Origin: Trypanosoma brucei
Lineage: Eukaryota
Assembly (NCBI GenBank): GCA_000002445.1
Contig: CH464491.1
Coordinates: 448,001 to 512,000, forward strand
Reading direction: 5' to 3'
Length of the DNA: 64,000 nt
The notes under the pieces were generated by a model. It made no database searches and was not told the origin of the DNA. It saw nothing but the letters and a program-made list of their open reading frames with translations. Shown here one piece after another: positions 45,988 through 57,112 of this stretch. Each line of letters begins with the position of its first letter. Position 1 is the stretch's first letter. A program made the position numbers and the translations under genes.

Positions 45988-48654
45988 TCAGTACATTTCC
46001 TCCCCGTGAATGGAACCATCGGCGTTCAAAACACCATCGAAAGCGTCTGATATGCCCATTTCCGATGCAACGTCCCTAATCGCGGCAGCCAACTCCGCCT
46101 GTTGACTCTCCGTGAGAACCGGGGGTGAGTGATGATCTCCCCCACTTCGCTGCGGTCCTCCTTTGGTGAAAAGCTCGTTAAGTGAAGAATACAAAGAGGT
46201 TTCCAAACTCTCAGCCTCACCCGTTGAGGTGGTTTCGGCAGTGCGATGATGCTCTTCATGCGCCCTCCACAAGGCAAGATCAGTGATGCGTAGGAATTGA
46301 CGATAAGTTAGTGATGTGGGGTACGCACGAACCACTTCATTCGGCAGTTTAGCCGTCTGAGGAAGGATACCATAGTGATGAAGCAACTTAAGGACGCCCT
46401 CGCGGCGAATAGGCTGAAGGTTGAGCCTTACATCGTACTCCACTGAACCCAGAGCACCCTGAAGAACCTCTTCCTCAGCTGTAGTAATGATCAACAATCG
46501 CTTCCTTCGAGGCTGAGACACATCCCACTCACTGTGAGGGAACAACCCGGAACTCGACACCGACTTGAACTCGTTAATAGCAGACCTCAATGCATCCGCT
46601 GCACCCGAGTCACCACTGCGAACGTACCGTTCAACATTGTCAACAACTAAACAGTAATCCCCTTTAAAGGCACCGGCGTCACGGAGTGCATCGATGACCT
46701 CCTGGATGTCCCTCGCGGCTCGCCCGCTGAGCTCGCGCCCTGTGAGAAACTTCGTCACGCTAAAGCGAATGCTGCTCACCACATTTCTTGCAAACACAGT
46801 CTTTCCTGAGCCGCTGGAGCCATGAATAACAACTACAGCCGCATTTGTAATTTGGCTGTGCTGAATACTACGCATCAACCGCCGAACTACACCCATCCCG
46901 CGAGATATCGTTCCGTCAAAATCCACAAGCTTATCAACAGCGTTATCCAGTCCCTTACCGTCGCCGGCGAGATCTTGACCACCGTTTACCTGCGCCTTTG
47001 AGTCCCATACATCCCTCAACGCAAGTTGAAAGTCGCTATTGGTAACTTTAAAATGCTCAGTCGCTGCGCCAGAGAGTTCATCCTCAATACCAATATCCCC
47101 GGTGGGGATGCTTGTGTTGAGAGAACTATCGCGGAACCGTAACAATGCGTGACTGACCGCCGCACGAACCGTGCCAGCAACATCGGCACCAGAAAATCCA
47201 CCTGTTCGCTCTGCCAGTATATCCAAGCTGACATCTTCTGCAAGAAAATCCTTATCCCGTAGTTCCCGTGTGTGGATAAAAAACATCTCTCTTCGACCCT
47301 TAACGTCAGGTAGGGGAACCTCAATGACAACTTCAAACCGACCTGGGCGGAGAAGTGCACGGTCAATAGCATGTAACCTGTTCGTCAATCCAATAATAAG
47401 TATATTCCTTGCTTTATTCACGCCGTCCATGATGGTTAGAAATTGGTTAGTTAGTCCATCATACACAGCTTTCGTGGAGCTTTCCTCCCCCAAATCTGCA
47501 CGCCGTTTAAAGAGTGCATCGAGTTCATCCATAATGACAATGTGCAAGCTCTTGCTGTTTGCAGTTTCTTCATCAGCACCAGAAGCATGTCGCGTTCCCC
47601 CGTGCTCATCCTCATCATCATCATCGCCCCACATGTTGTTAGCGTCAAATAGCCTCCGAAGGTTCTTTTCGGAGTCACCAACGTACTTGGAAATAATGTC
47701 AGCCGCGTTGACAATAGTTACCCTCGTCCCTTTACCTTCCAGCTTGGCAATCATACGAGCAATAAGAGTCTTACCGGTTCCCGGCGGCCCATGGAGGAGT
47801 ACTCCACGTACAGGCGGAATATTAAGTGATTCCACCACCCCACGGAGTTGCCGCGTCCTACTCAAGAAAACGCGACGGAAAAGCTCATGTAGTTGCTCAC
47901 TTAATCCTCCAATACCAAGAGAAACCCACTCATCATTCATTGCAGAGTGTCGGACTCTACGGAACATATATTCTAAGGGGTCTTCGGCATCCTCCTCTTC
48001 ATCCTCCTCACCGCCCGAGTGCGATCCATTGCCATACGGCGTGAGGTCCAACTCCACTGCACGGGGGACGGAGGCAAGCGTAACAATTGTAGTCTTGTTA
48101 GAGTTGTCACTCGTTACAGTTTGAAGCAATTTCAGGTTCATCCAAGTGCTCCGTGTGGTCAGCCGTTCCAACCACAGCGGTTTATGCCTCAAACTATCCA
48201 TGGGATTAAGAAGGGTACACGACAAGATCTGCCGCGGGAACAGACTAGAGGGCCTCACATGAAGACACGGCATGGAAATTAAATCAAGATCCTCCTCACC
48301 TCCATGATGTGGTATTGGTGTGTGTTCCTCCAGAACTATGCTTAAGTTCCCCAGCTGTGGGAAACCGCGCCCCCGAACGGTGAGTTGTACCGGATGATAT
48401 GAATTCAAGTCAGAGAAGCACGAAATCGTCTGGCGACCCCTTTCCGTTAGCACAGGCCTAGTGCAGCCGGTAATCCACAATATCTCTAATCTTTGATAAT
48501 TGCTATATTTTGCAGGACCGCCGGGATGATATGAAGCCGCACCCAGATTAACGCTGTAGAGACACGCCACGCACGCGCAAAGAAGAAACAGTGATGAAAG
48601 CGGATTTAGCGTGCGAAACGCTTGCCTTTTGCTAACTGTGGTCTTGACTATCAT
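45988..48654 (-). CDS. Divergent NSF-like AAA ATPase (888 aa). D1 is conserved and D2 degenerate, with an unusual N-terminal hydrophobic segment and no recognisable NSF-N domain.
   Basis: [22 protein letters not shown]...[23 protein letters not shown] matches NSF [22 protein letters not shown]...[40 protein letters not shown]...[26 protein letters not shown] is D1. The D2-like part is [18 protein letters not shown]...[11 protein letters not shown]. The N-terminus is [17 protein letters not shown]. Confidence 0.75.
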   Translation of the reverse strand: [888 protein letters not shown]

Positions 48655-49016
48655 CCTACCAACAATCCCGCCCCTTTGTTGAACTCTAGGTGGGTTGGAG
48701 TACGAAGGAAAGGGAGGGGGAAAAACAATACCTCAGCGCAAGCGGCAAAGGATCAAAGAACAACATGTGCGTGCGTATTCACATAAATTTTCCTAACCAA
48801 GTGCTATCACAAGATGTGAGCTCGTGAAAGACCCAATATCAGAGCGCGATCCCGAGCAAAGTATTCTCATTTTCACCCCCGAATAAGATTTGAAAAAAAA
48901 AATGTCAAAAATAACGATAGTGGAAATTGAAAGAAATGACAAAGCCTGCGTCACAGCATAAAAAATAATAATGATTATGATGATAACGATCATATTCCAA
49001 GTCGAAACCAATCATG

Positions 49017-49583
49017 TTATTTATTTTTTCTCTTTTTTGGCGAGTTGTCTCCCGAACCAGGGGAGCCTGCCTGGGAAAGGGATTGTAAACATCGGATCGC
49101 AGTGAAAAATGGCGCAATTATCCACACCGAGCTCGGCAAAAGAACCATCAGTAACTTATCCAAATAGCCGATATGCCTCGTGTATTCCCCACCCTCCACG
49201 AAATCCATCACGAAGTACAGCAGAGTTTTACTGAAAGTCATAACGCTAACGACCGCTGCCAACTTGATAGCCGACTTCCAGTACCCGCTAAAGGAAAGAA
49301 GGAGGGCAAGTAAGCCAAGAGTGACTTCCAACAAATTCATCCAACTCTGCGCCACAACGAAGGCATCTTCATTCGGGGCGTAACGTCGGTCGTAAGTGGC
49401 GTAAACCGTCCACGGCTGAAATAAAACTAATTCGCCTAAAGGGTGTGGTGTATCAGGTGTTTTAGGGCGGTTAAGGACAAAAACAGCATCAAGCAACACA
49501 ACAGGTGCTGTCAAAAGCAACCAAGCCGTTGCGACCGTAGGGAGGCGCGGTTTCTCCATCGTCGTCATCTCCCCCTCGACCAA
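49017..49583 (-). CDS. Four-TM membrane protein, possibly EXPERA domain (TMEM97/sigma-2 or EBP-like).
   Basis: 188-aa ORF with four hydrophobic segments. Spacing and length are reminiscent of TMEM97. No search was run. Confidence 0.4.
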   Translation of the reverse strand: MVEGEMTTMEKPRLPTVATAWLLLTAPVVLLDAVFVLNRPKTPDTPHPLGELVLFQPWTVYATYDRRYAPNEDAFVVAQSWMNLLEVTLGLLALLLSFSGYWKSAIKLAAVVSVMTFSKTLLYFVMDFVEGGEYTRHIGYLDKLLMVLLPSSVWIIAPFFTAIRCLQSLSQAGSPGSGDNSPKKRKNK

Positions 49584-50137
49584 TTCCTCACAACTTACCT
49601 AATACAAACTGTTACAATGACCAAAGACTACTGCAACCGGGAGTAACCTGAAAAGGAAAGTGACTAGCAGAATGAGTAAACGGCATATTAAAAAAGAAAA
49701 AATAGCCGAGAGACTAGAAACGAATTCACCGGGAGGCAGAAGTCCAGTATGAACACTTTTATTGTAGAATGGTCAGGTATGTGAATGGGCCCCAGAAGGC
49801 TGCATTTTCCCCCATAATTTTTTCAAAGGGAATGAAAAAAAATGCGCAACTGGGCGGGGGTTCCCGCATCCCGCTTCCGCTGCATTACCTCCATTTCACA
49901 TTATCTCTAAAATCTCTCAAGTTACCTCCATCTGAATGCCTCAACTCGCGTCTTGTTAACGTCGTTATCTTGCCCTCCTCTTCACCTCCAAGTTAGCACA
50001 CGAAATTTTCTAAACAACCCATGTATTTATAATGGAGTAGCCCCTTGCAGCGGCTAACGAATTGTAGCCTTCCTCCAACAACGAAAGCGCCTCGCGTCCC
50101 TCCGCCACCACCGAGCCACCTCGGTTCATTACTACCG

Positions 50138-50700
50138 TTAGTTATGTTCATCATCATCATCGTCGTCGTCATCATCATCATCATCGTCATCGTCATCCCC
50201 AGTGTCGTCATCAGCGTAGTTTCCTGTGTCGTCATCATCATCCCCAGTGTCGTCGCTGCTAAGGGTGGTGTGATCATCATCACTCTCACGGTCATCCCCC
50301 CTACGACCGTACATGGTAGAGCTCTCGCTGTCGCATTCATCTTCGCTGTCCTCACCCTCGCCATCTTTATCGCTGTTATCATCTTCATCGTTGTCATCAT
50401 CGACAGGATCGTGATCGTATATGGAAACCTCGTCACTGCTGTCGTCGCCATCGCTGCTGTCTTCTTCACTGCCGTCACTGTTATCATTACTGTCACCGTC
50501 ACTGTCACCGTCACTCTCGTCATCAACAGGATCATCATCACGCGTAGAGGGTTCGTCGTCACTGCTGCCATCATCGTCCGAATCGTCGGTTTCGCTATCG
50601 TCACTGTAGGACGAGCTGTAAGACCCACTGCCATCATCAGATGAGGCAGCCGAAGAGCTTTCGTCGTCATCTTTCGCATGTCCTGAGGTTGCTTCGAAAG
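50138..50700. repeat. GAY/GAR codon-repeat low-complexity tract encoding the poly-Asp/Glu/Ser tail.
   Basis: Read directly. It generates long spurious ORFs in several frames on both strands. Confidence 0.85.
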
Positions 50701-51850
50701 CGTCTGCTCTGGTTTCGACCTCCATATCGCTGCTCGACCTACCAGAATTCATTCTGAAAGTACTGGCCGCGGCGGAGGCAACCGCGGCGTGAGCGATAGC
50801 CGAGCCCACGGCGCTTGCCCCGGCGGTAGATCCTACAAATCGTTTAGGCGGGGTACGAGTGAGGGATGAAGCACGAACTGGAGCAGCGACCGTACGTTCT
50901 CCCCTCACCATCAACATTTTTGACACCCCTTCCCCACGCGCTTTCCTTGAGAAAGAGTCACCACAACTATCCTCCACGGCAACCGTCTCATCCACCTCCT
51001 CCATACTTCTATAGCGGTGCTCCTTTTTAGTGGTCACCTTTTTCTTTTGTTGAAGGGCATATATAGCCATCTCCCGCTTCACAAGTAGCTCATTCGTTAT
51101 ACGGGCATGGTATTGATGCTGGATACCGAACATATCCCCTAATACCGCGTCCAGGTATTTCATCACAAAAACGAGATTTTCCTCCTCGATGGTGGCGTTG
51201 AAACTTCGCCGATCATCCAAGTTGTACTTCGTCGCTGCCCCTCCCGCGTTCGCAGCATCATCATCCTCATCCTCATCGTCCAGTAGATTGGATCCATCCT
51301 CTGTGTTCTTCGGGCCTGCGGTCACCACTTTTGCAGTTACTTCACCTGCAAGCGCAAAAGCCGATGGTAGTGCAGGGAAGGACTTGCCTTCACGTGCACC
51401 AAAGCCTCCACCCTCCCCTCCTTGCCATCTAGGTATTGGCTTCAAATGTAGCGAAGAGTGTTGTTTTTCCATCGACACGTGCCGCATCTTACCCTCGAAC
51501 GCAGCCAGGAGTGATGCAACATCATAAGGCCGGAGAAAAATACGACCAAAAAAGTAGTCCCCCGTGATATCAGTACTCACTTTACCTCCATTTGGGGCTG
51601 TCCTGTCTTCAGAAATCATCTTCGCTGCCGCCTCCGGTGCCATTCCCACATGACTGTCGGGAGACTGCACACTTAGTACAAGGTGCCGCTGACGGTTGCT
51701 CTTCCACCGCCACAGCAACACAGCCGGGTACTCGACCTCTCCCTTCGCAATGCTTACGGGAGTGCGCAGATCCCGCACAAAAACACTGCGACCACCCGCC
51801 TTGAGAAAGACGGCAGAAGCAAAAGTTACGGCGGAGATGCGGCGCCACAT
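50138..51850 (-). CDS. Hypothetical 570-aa protein with an extreme acidic low-complexity C-terminal tail of about 180 aa (D/E/S-rich, ending DDDDDDDDDDDDDDDEHN).
   Basis: The 3' 560 nt (50138-50700) is GAT/GAC/GAA-rich on the coding strand. The ORF-track calls 49993-50679(-) and 50045-50644(+) are frame artefacts of this repeat. Confidence 0.55.
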   Translation of the reverse strand: MWRRISAVTFASAVFLKAGGRSVFVRDLRTPVSIAKGEVEYPAVLLWRWKSNRQRHLVLSVQSPDSHVGMAPEAAAKMISEDRTAPNGGKVSTDITGDYFFGRIFLRPYDVASLLAAFEGKMRHVSMEKQHSSLHLKPIPRWQGGEGGGFGAREGKSFPALPSAFALAGEVTAKVVTAGPKNTEDGSNLLDDEDEDDDAANAGGAATKYNLDDRRSFNATIEEENLVFVMKYLDAVLGDMFGIQHQYHARITNELLVKREMAIYALQQKKKVTTKKEHRYRSMEEVDETVAVEDSCGDSFSRKARGEGVSKMLMVRGERTVAAPVRASSLTRTPPKRFVGSTAGASAVGSAIAHAAVASAAASTFRMNSGRSSSDMEVETRADAFEATSGHAKDDDESSSAASSDDGSGSYSSSYSDDSETDDSDDDGSSDDEPSTRDDDPVDDESDGDSDGDSNDNSDGSEEDSSDGDDSSDEVSIYDHDPVDDDNDEDDNSDKDGEGEDSEDECDSESSTMYGRRGDDRESDDDHTTLSSDDTGDDDDDTGNYADDDTGDDDDDDDDDDDDDDDDEHN

Positions 51851-52614
51851 TATTCTCTATGACGTACAATTAGAGCACTATGCACGCTTTTAATGTTGTT
51901 CTTCCCTCACTCCCCGCTTGTTTCGTTCCTCCTTCCAATGAACAACGATGATGAGAATAAACTCAAACGATATATGTCTATATATGCGTGTGTATGTTGG
52001 TGTCACTCGCGACAGAAGGATAAATGTCCAAAAAGATCTCCTACGAAGAAAAATACCCACAACCGGTCAATGAAAAGTAATCAAAAAAAGATTTAGGATG
52101 TGTGGTGGTGCAGCCCCAGGGATTAATGAACCAATGGGCCACAGTACCAGTCGATTACTGTCGGACGGTAGAGAAAAAACGAAGGCGGAAAGAGAAAGAG
52201 AAGTATCCAGCAATGTGTACATAAAAAGAAACAAGAGGTTCTTCAAACCTTGATAGGGCCAGGTAAACACGTAATAGCCTGGAGGCAGTGAAAGGAAGGG
52301 ATTTTTCTTTCTTGAAGGAGATTAAAGGGTTGGGGGGAAAAGTCGGATGCGGAAGGAAGACGCAAGAAGTTCCAAAGCGGGTTCAACCCAACACCACTAA
52401 ACCAAACAAATAGACGGTAGGTGCTCACTTGCATTGCACCAAACATCTTGGTACTCAATTCCTTCCAACAACACATCTGTTGTCTATCCTACACAAAAAT
52501 ACAAACACATACGTACGACCTCATCCCTCAACCTTTCCCTTTTCTTCTTTCTTCTTTCTGTTCCCTTCCTTTCCTTTTCATTCGTTCATTTACACACCCA
52601 CTTCCTTCATATCG

Positions 52615-53235
52615 TTAATGGTATCGCGATGTGTCACTTACAGATCGCTTCCGCCTTGCGCCTCCCTCCGCTGAAGATGTCGCTGCAATTTTCTCCCCTC
52701 CCTCTGCGGCCCGCGTGGCATAGTGCTGACGAAACCCGAAGCTCTCGTCCAATGCACTCTCCAAAAAGTGCTCCAACGTCACGGCGAAATGGTTATCAAA
52801 TTTAACAGACCAGTCCTCCATCCGCTGCGAGGCCACGCGATGCACCTTCCCGTGAAGGTGATACCCCTGTGCAGACTTCTCAAAATCGAGCGTATACGCC
52901 TTTGTTTCCATGCGATGACGTGGCACCCGCTCCTTACATACGCCGACAAGATACGCAAGGTCTACATGACGCAGCCTTACGGAAATGCGACGGTCCGCAT
53001 CAAACTGAGGACTTAAATCATTTGGATCCACTTTGCGTGGGCCCAGTTGTGGGTACTGAGAAATGAGAAGCAGCTTCCCATCAACGGCAACACGCGTCAT
53101 TGTTCCGAGCGCAGGGTCATCCCGCACGTCGTGAATTTCAAATTTAGGCAGTGACTGAACGCCGGAAAAAGTAGAAGCGCCACGGGACCAGGCTGAGCGC
53201 ATGGCCGGTCCACGCAGGCATGCGAGTCGAATCAT
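52615..53235 (-). CDS. Hypothetical 206-aa protein with a mitochondrial-presequence-like N-terminus (MIRLACLRGPAMRSAWSRGAS).
   Basis: ORF on the coding strand. No domain recognised. Confidence 0.45.
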   Translation of the reverse strand: MIRLACLRGPAMRSAWSRGASTFSGVQSLPKFEIHDVRDDPALGTMTRVAVDGKLLLISQYPQLGPRKVDPNDLSPQFDADRRISVRLRHVDLAYLVGVCKERVPRHRMETKAYTLDFEKSAQGYHLHGKVHRVASQRMEDWSVKFDNHFAVTLEHFLESALDESFGFRQHYATRAAEGGEKIAATSSAEGGARRKRSVSDTSRYH

Positions 53236-54226
53236 GGCTTTTCTGTGTCAGAATAAAAAAACAAGGGAAAATCACAAGAAAGACAAAAAAGGAAACAAAA
53301 ACGCACCTCGCACCCTATATGGACGGTTCCCTTAGCTTACTGTATCCCCCTTCTTCCCCTCTCTTACGCAGTGAAGAGTGGTTCTTCTGTGAAACTCATA
53401 TAGAGTGTGTGTAAAAATGGGGGAAAATGAGATGAGCAAATATAATATATTTATTTATATTTATACCAAGTATTTAATTCCGGTTAGAAGTAGTGCTACA
53501 TCACAATATCAATGCAGCACCTCGCTTATCATTCCCCCCCCGCCGTACAAACTCATTTCCTTTTGTTGCGACTGTTAACGTGATCCATTCTTGTGGATGT
53601 CAACTACTCAAAGTGGCTCAGCACAATAATAAGCATTCAAAAAGGTGGCATGGGTCTCAGATTTGCTTTCTTTTTTCCCTTTCTTTTCTTATAAATGTCC
53701 TTCCTCTGTTCCTTACGCCCCCTCCCTGTTGTTATAACGACCTCTTGCTGCTAAGAAACAAAAGCAAACAAAAACAAATAAGGAGGAGTACGGACATAAA
53801 GAAGGGTCAAGAAAATAAAACGATTTAAACGTTACAAAGCGAAGAAAAAAAAAGAAAATAAAGCCACGACAGTCCACAATGAATTATTGCCGTACAGTCC
53901 ACACACACACACACACACACTAAACACGTGAGTGGAGGTAATGGGATCTGATGAAGACGTGCAAGCAGCAAAACCAGTTCGTAAAATTGGGGTGAAGTGG
54001 CAGAAACAACTGTGTGACGAAACCAACACCACTAAATTCACAGAAACGTGAGCACACCGCCGTCGTCACCTATTTATTGCATGCTTCAGAGAGTAAGGGG
54101 AAAGGGAAAGGTAAGAAAATCAGTCAAATAACAAGGAACAGCTTACCTTGAGATACCGTTTAATCGAAGCTATTATTTGTTACTATTATTACTATTATTG
54201 TGTTGTGGTTCCCCACGACGCCACAT

Positions 54227-54871
54227 TCAATTCCGCACAACACACCACCCATCGGCATCCCGTTCGTACGCGTTCTTTCTTTTCTTACTCCTCCGTTTCT
54301 TCCGTTGCTCACTTTCCTCCACCTCATCCTTCATATCTAATCCGTCGCCCATTGTCTCCATTTCCTCTTCTTCATTCCCAACTACACCATCGTAAGTGTT
54401 GCTCATGGCTCCAGCACCAGCGAGTTCGTCCTCATCGTCCGCGCCGCCAACATTCATGGAGAGTTGCACGGGATTTACACGACGGTAAACCTCGAGACTC
54501 GCTACGTACCGCTCAACGGTGCTAAAGTCATTTTGGCAACATCTGCAGTACATGTCATGTAAGACGTCACCGACTTCCTTCATACTGTCATCCTCTACAA
54601 TAACCGAGCGAGCTTCACCAAAAAAGTTTTCAAAGAATATCTCCAAATCATCCGAGTACACTTCACCATCCTTCTGAAACCATGACACCAGCTCACGATA
54701 CATTGACGTAAGTGCTGAGAGATCGCAGTGCTGCGAAACAAGATGTAACGCCGTCCATTGATTTAGCACCGCATCCAAACCGACAATAAACCGTTGAAAC
54801 TGCTCCGCTGTGGCGCGATACGGCTGCCGCATTAACTGGAGTCCTACTGGTACTTGTTGTTGCTGCTGCAT
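54227..54871 (-). CDS. Hypothetical 214-aa protein with an acidic C-terminus.
   Basis: ORF on the coding strand, flanked by 1-kb spacers. Confidence 0.45.
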   Translation of the reverse strand: MQQQQQVPVGLQLMRQPYRATAEQFQRFIVGLDAVLNQWTALHLVSQHCDLSALTSMYRELVSWFQKDGEVYSDDLEIFFENFFGEARSVIVEDDSMKEVGDVLHDMYCRCCQNDFSTVERYVASLEVYRRVNPVQLSMNVGGADDEDELAGAGAMSNTYDGVVGNEEEEMETMGDGLDMKDEVEESEQRKKRRSKKRKNAYERDADGWCVVRN

Positions 54872-55302
54872 GAAGTGCTGTAAGGTGAAACCAAACGATG
54901 AAAAAGCAAAAAAAGGGGGAAAACTGGCCTTTTCAACGTTTTTCGGTCAAATGTAGTCCAAAGAAAACGGTAAGTTGTCCTCTTTATTACTTTTGTTGTT
55001 GTGTTTCCCCTTCGTTTGTTTCTTTCCTTCTCAAGTTTACACTCCCTCTCCCCCTTTACCTGAAGGAGTAAATGAAGGAGGAGAAAATGAAGTTGATGCT
55101 CCTTACCACTCTTCACACATATAATGATAATAGTGACAACAACAAACAAAAGTCAGTACAAGGAAAAGCAGTCACCACAGCGGCAGAGAAGACCTTTCAT
55201 CGTATGATTAAGAAAAGAAAATTATACTCCTCCCTCTCCCCAGCGCTGGATCCCCTTGTTGCCACCCGAGAAACAAACACAAGCACACATACATACACAC
55301 AC

Positions 55303-55307
55303 ATACA

Positions 55308-55342
<35 letters not shown>
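55303..55342. repeat. (ACAT)n and (AT)n compound microsatellite in an intergenic spacer.
   Basis: Read directly. Other simple repeats: (AT)n at 23817-23841, 27290-27312, 57872-57896 and 58197-58219, and (CA)n at 53899-53920 and 61373-61397. Confidence 0.9.
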
Positions 55343-56239
55343 GTGTGCATTCCTTTCTCCTTCATAACGCCAATAAATGAAGATTTTAACAACAATAATA
55401 ATAACGGCTGCAATGCGAGCCACGCCATTTCTGATCGTTTTAGTTTCTGTACGCCGTAGGCGTGGGGACAGTGCAAAATGTCAATGAGGAACAATAGCAT
55501 TAGGAACGCATTTCATAGGAACCAAAGTAACAGCAAAAAGGGGGAATAAAAGGCACTCTCTTAACGCTGCTATCGCTGCCGCACGCGCATCATCGGATCT
55601 TTTTCTTTTTTCTGTTGGAGGGAAGGGGGGTTCCATTTGCTGCAGTATGAGGGAATTCCACCACAACTTCTCTTGTCACTTTATTGGTGATCTCCCCATC
55701 TCCCCTCACCCGTGCCCGCGCCCGTATTGTACGTGTTGGATTTTTTTCTGTTGCTTATTCATTTATTACTCGACATGCTAGAGGAACACAAGCAAGTAAA
55801 AGAAGAAGCAAAATAAAGATTCTTACTTGTTTAATTATTGAACTCATTTGGATTGGCTGTCGGCTCCCTTCTCTCCCTTCGCCAACTTTCGTATACCCTT
55901 TTATCAGTTCATCCAAGTTCTGTTTTCCTGTGTGTAACGTCCTGCCTGCGTAAGCACAAAGACTTACGGGAACGGGGGAAAACGAAAAAGACATGAGGAA
56001 ATGGATTGTATGAAGTTGTGTGGGTAAGTTCATAATTTAAAACATAAAAAACTACCTCGCAAGCATGTGCTTGCACCTACACACACAGGTTCCTTCCTTC
56101 TCTGTAATTAAACGGCATGATCCATTACCAGCACCATAATTGTAAAGATTTAAAAAAACGAGTGAAATAAAACAAAAAAGCGAATGAAGTCGAGACAATT
56201 CTTAGAAATACCACGACACCACGCCACATGTTCACACAA

Positions 56240-57112
56240 TCAATCGCTCTCATCACTTTCACAATCCACAAAAGGTTGCAGTGGATACACGACTTCAGGT
56301 TCGTCCCCTGCAACGAGGCTACTGATGTAATCGCCTAAACGCTCTGCCACGCGACGAAGTATTCCTGTCTCTGCGCGGCAGCACCTGTACAAATTGCCAG
56401 GTTGATTGCGACGATCCGAATGTATAGGACAGCGTTCTTCCATATTTGGGCTGGCTCGCTCTTCCGCGTCAACAAGCGGGCTACACGCGGGAATTATGTC
56501 CTCAATCGCTTGCACGGTGTACAACATGGAGTCATCAGGTTGTTGGCTTAACAACCAATGAATAGAAACGCGCGCCATGTTCAACGTATCGCGTGTCGTT
56601 AGAAAAACAACAGCGCCAGTGCGGAGGGGAGTTGCATGTCTGTATCTAAAACTTTGGACAGCATCCATAGCTTCGAATAATTGTTCCACAAGTCTATCTG
56701 GATTGCCCCTGCACGGCAACCAGTTCTTGTCACCCTTCTGCTGAGCCTCCAGGAAATTTGTCTGCGCCTTCTTTATTCCACTAAAATCTTTTAACTTTGA
56801 TATATCCTCTTTCCCTATGTTTGGCGCAATGCCGTGAATATATTTCACCCTCCGCATCCAATCCTCCACAGACTTCTTCTGGCAGCAGAAATCACGGCAG
56901 GAAGGCATGTAAGCAAACCCACCATCGTAAAGAATTTCATTTTGATTTGGTGGTCCCCATGGATGACCGATAGCAAGGTAATGGCCCTCGACGGGGACGT
57001 GGCTTCGTACATTGTCTATGAAACCCACACATTCCTGCGATAAAAGTGTTTGAAATGAGACAAATATCACCGCCGCCTCCGCATCTTCGTCATGAAACTG
57101 GAATTCGCACAT
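56240..57112 (-). CDS. Hypothetical 290-aa protein, Cys-rich.
   Basis: ORF on the coding strand. No domain recognised. Confidence 0.5.
   Translation of the reverse strand: MCEFQFHDEDAEAAVIFVSFQTLLSQECVGFIDNVRSHVPVEGHYLAIGHPWGPPNQNEILYDGGFAYMPSCRDFCCQKKSVEDWMRRVKYIHGIAPNIGKEDISKLKDFSGIKKAQTNFLEAQQKGDKNWLPCRGNPDRLVEQLFEAMDAVQSFRYRHATPLRTGAVVFLTTRDTLNMARVSIHWLLSQQPDDSMLYTVQAIEDIIPACSPLVDAEERASPNMEERCPIHSDRRNQPGNLYRCCRAETGILRRVAERLGDYISSLVAGDEPEVVYPLQPFVDCESDESD

Noticed and set aside
47171-48124. 317-aa plus-strand ORF, Ser-rich.
   Set aside because: It is antisense to the NSF-like AAA gene, and its Ser/Pro-rich composition is typical of antisense frames of GC-rich coding DNA.
49993-50679. 228-aa minus-strand ORF and 199-aa plus-strand ORF (50045-50644), poly-T/M/I/V.
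   Set aside because: They are alternative frames of the GAT/GAC repeat encoding the acidic tail of the 570-aa gene.
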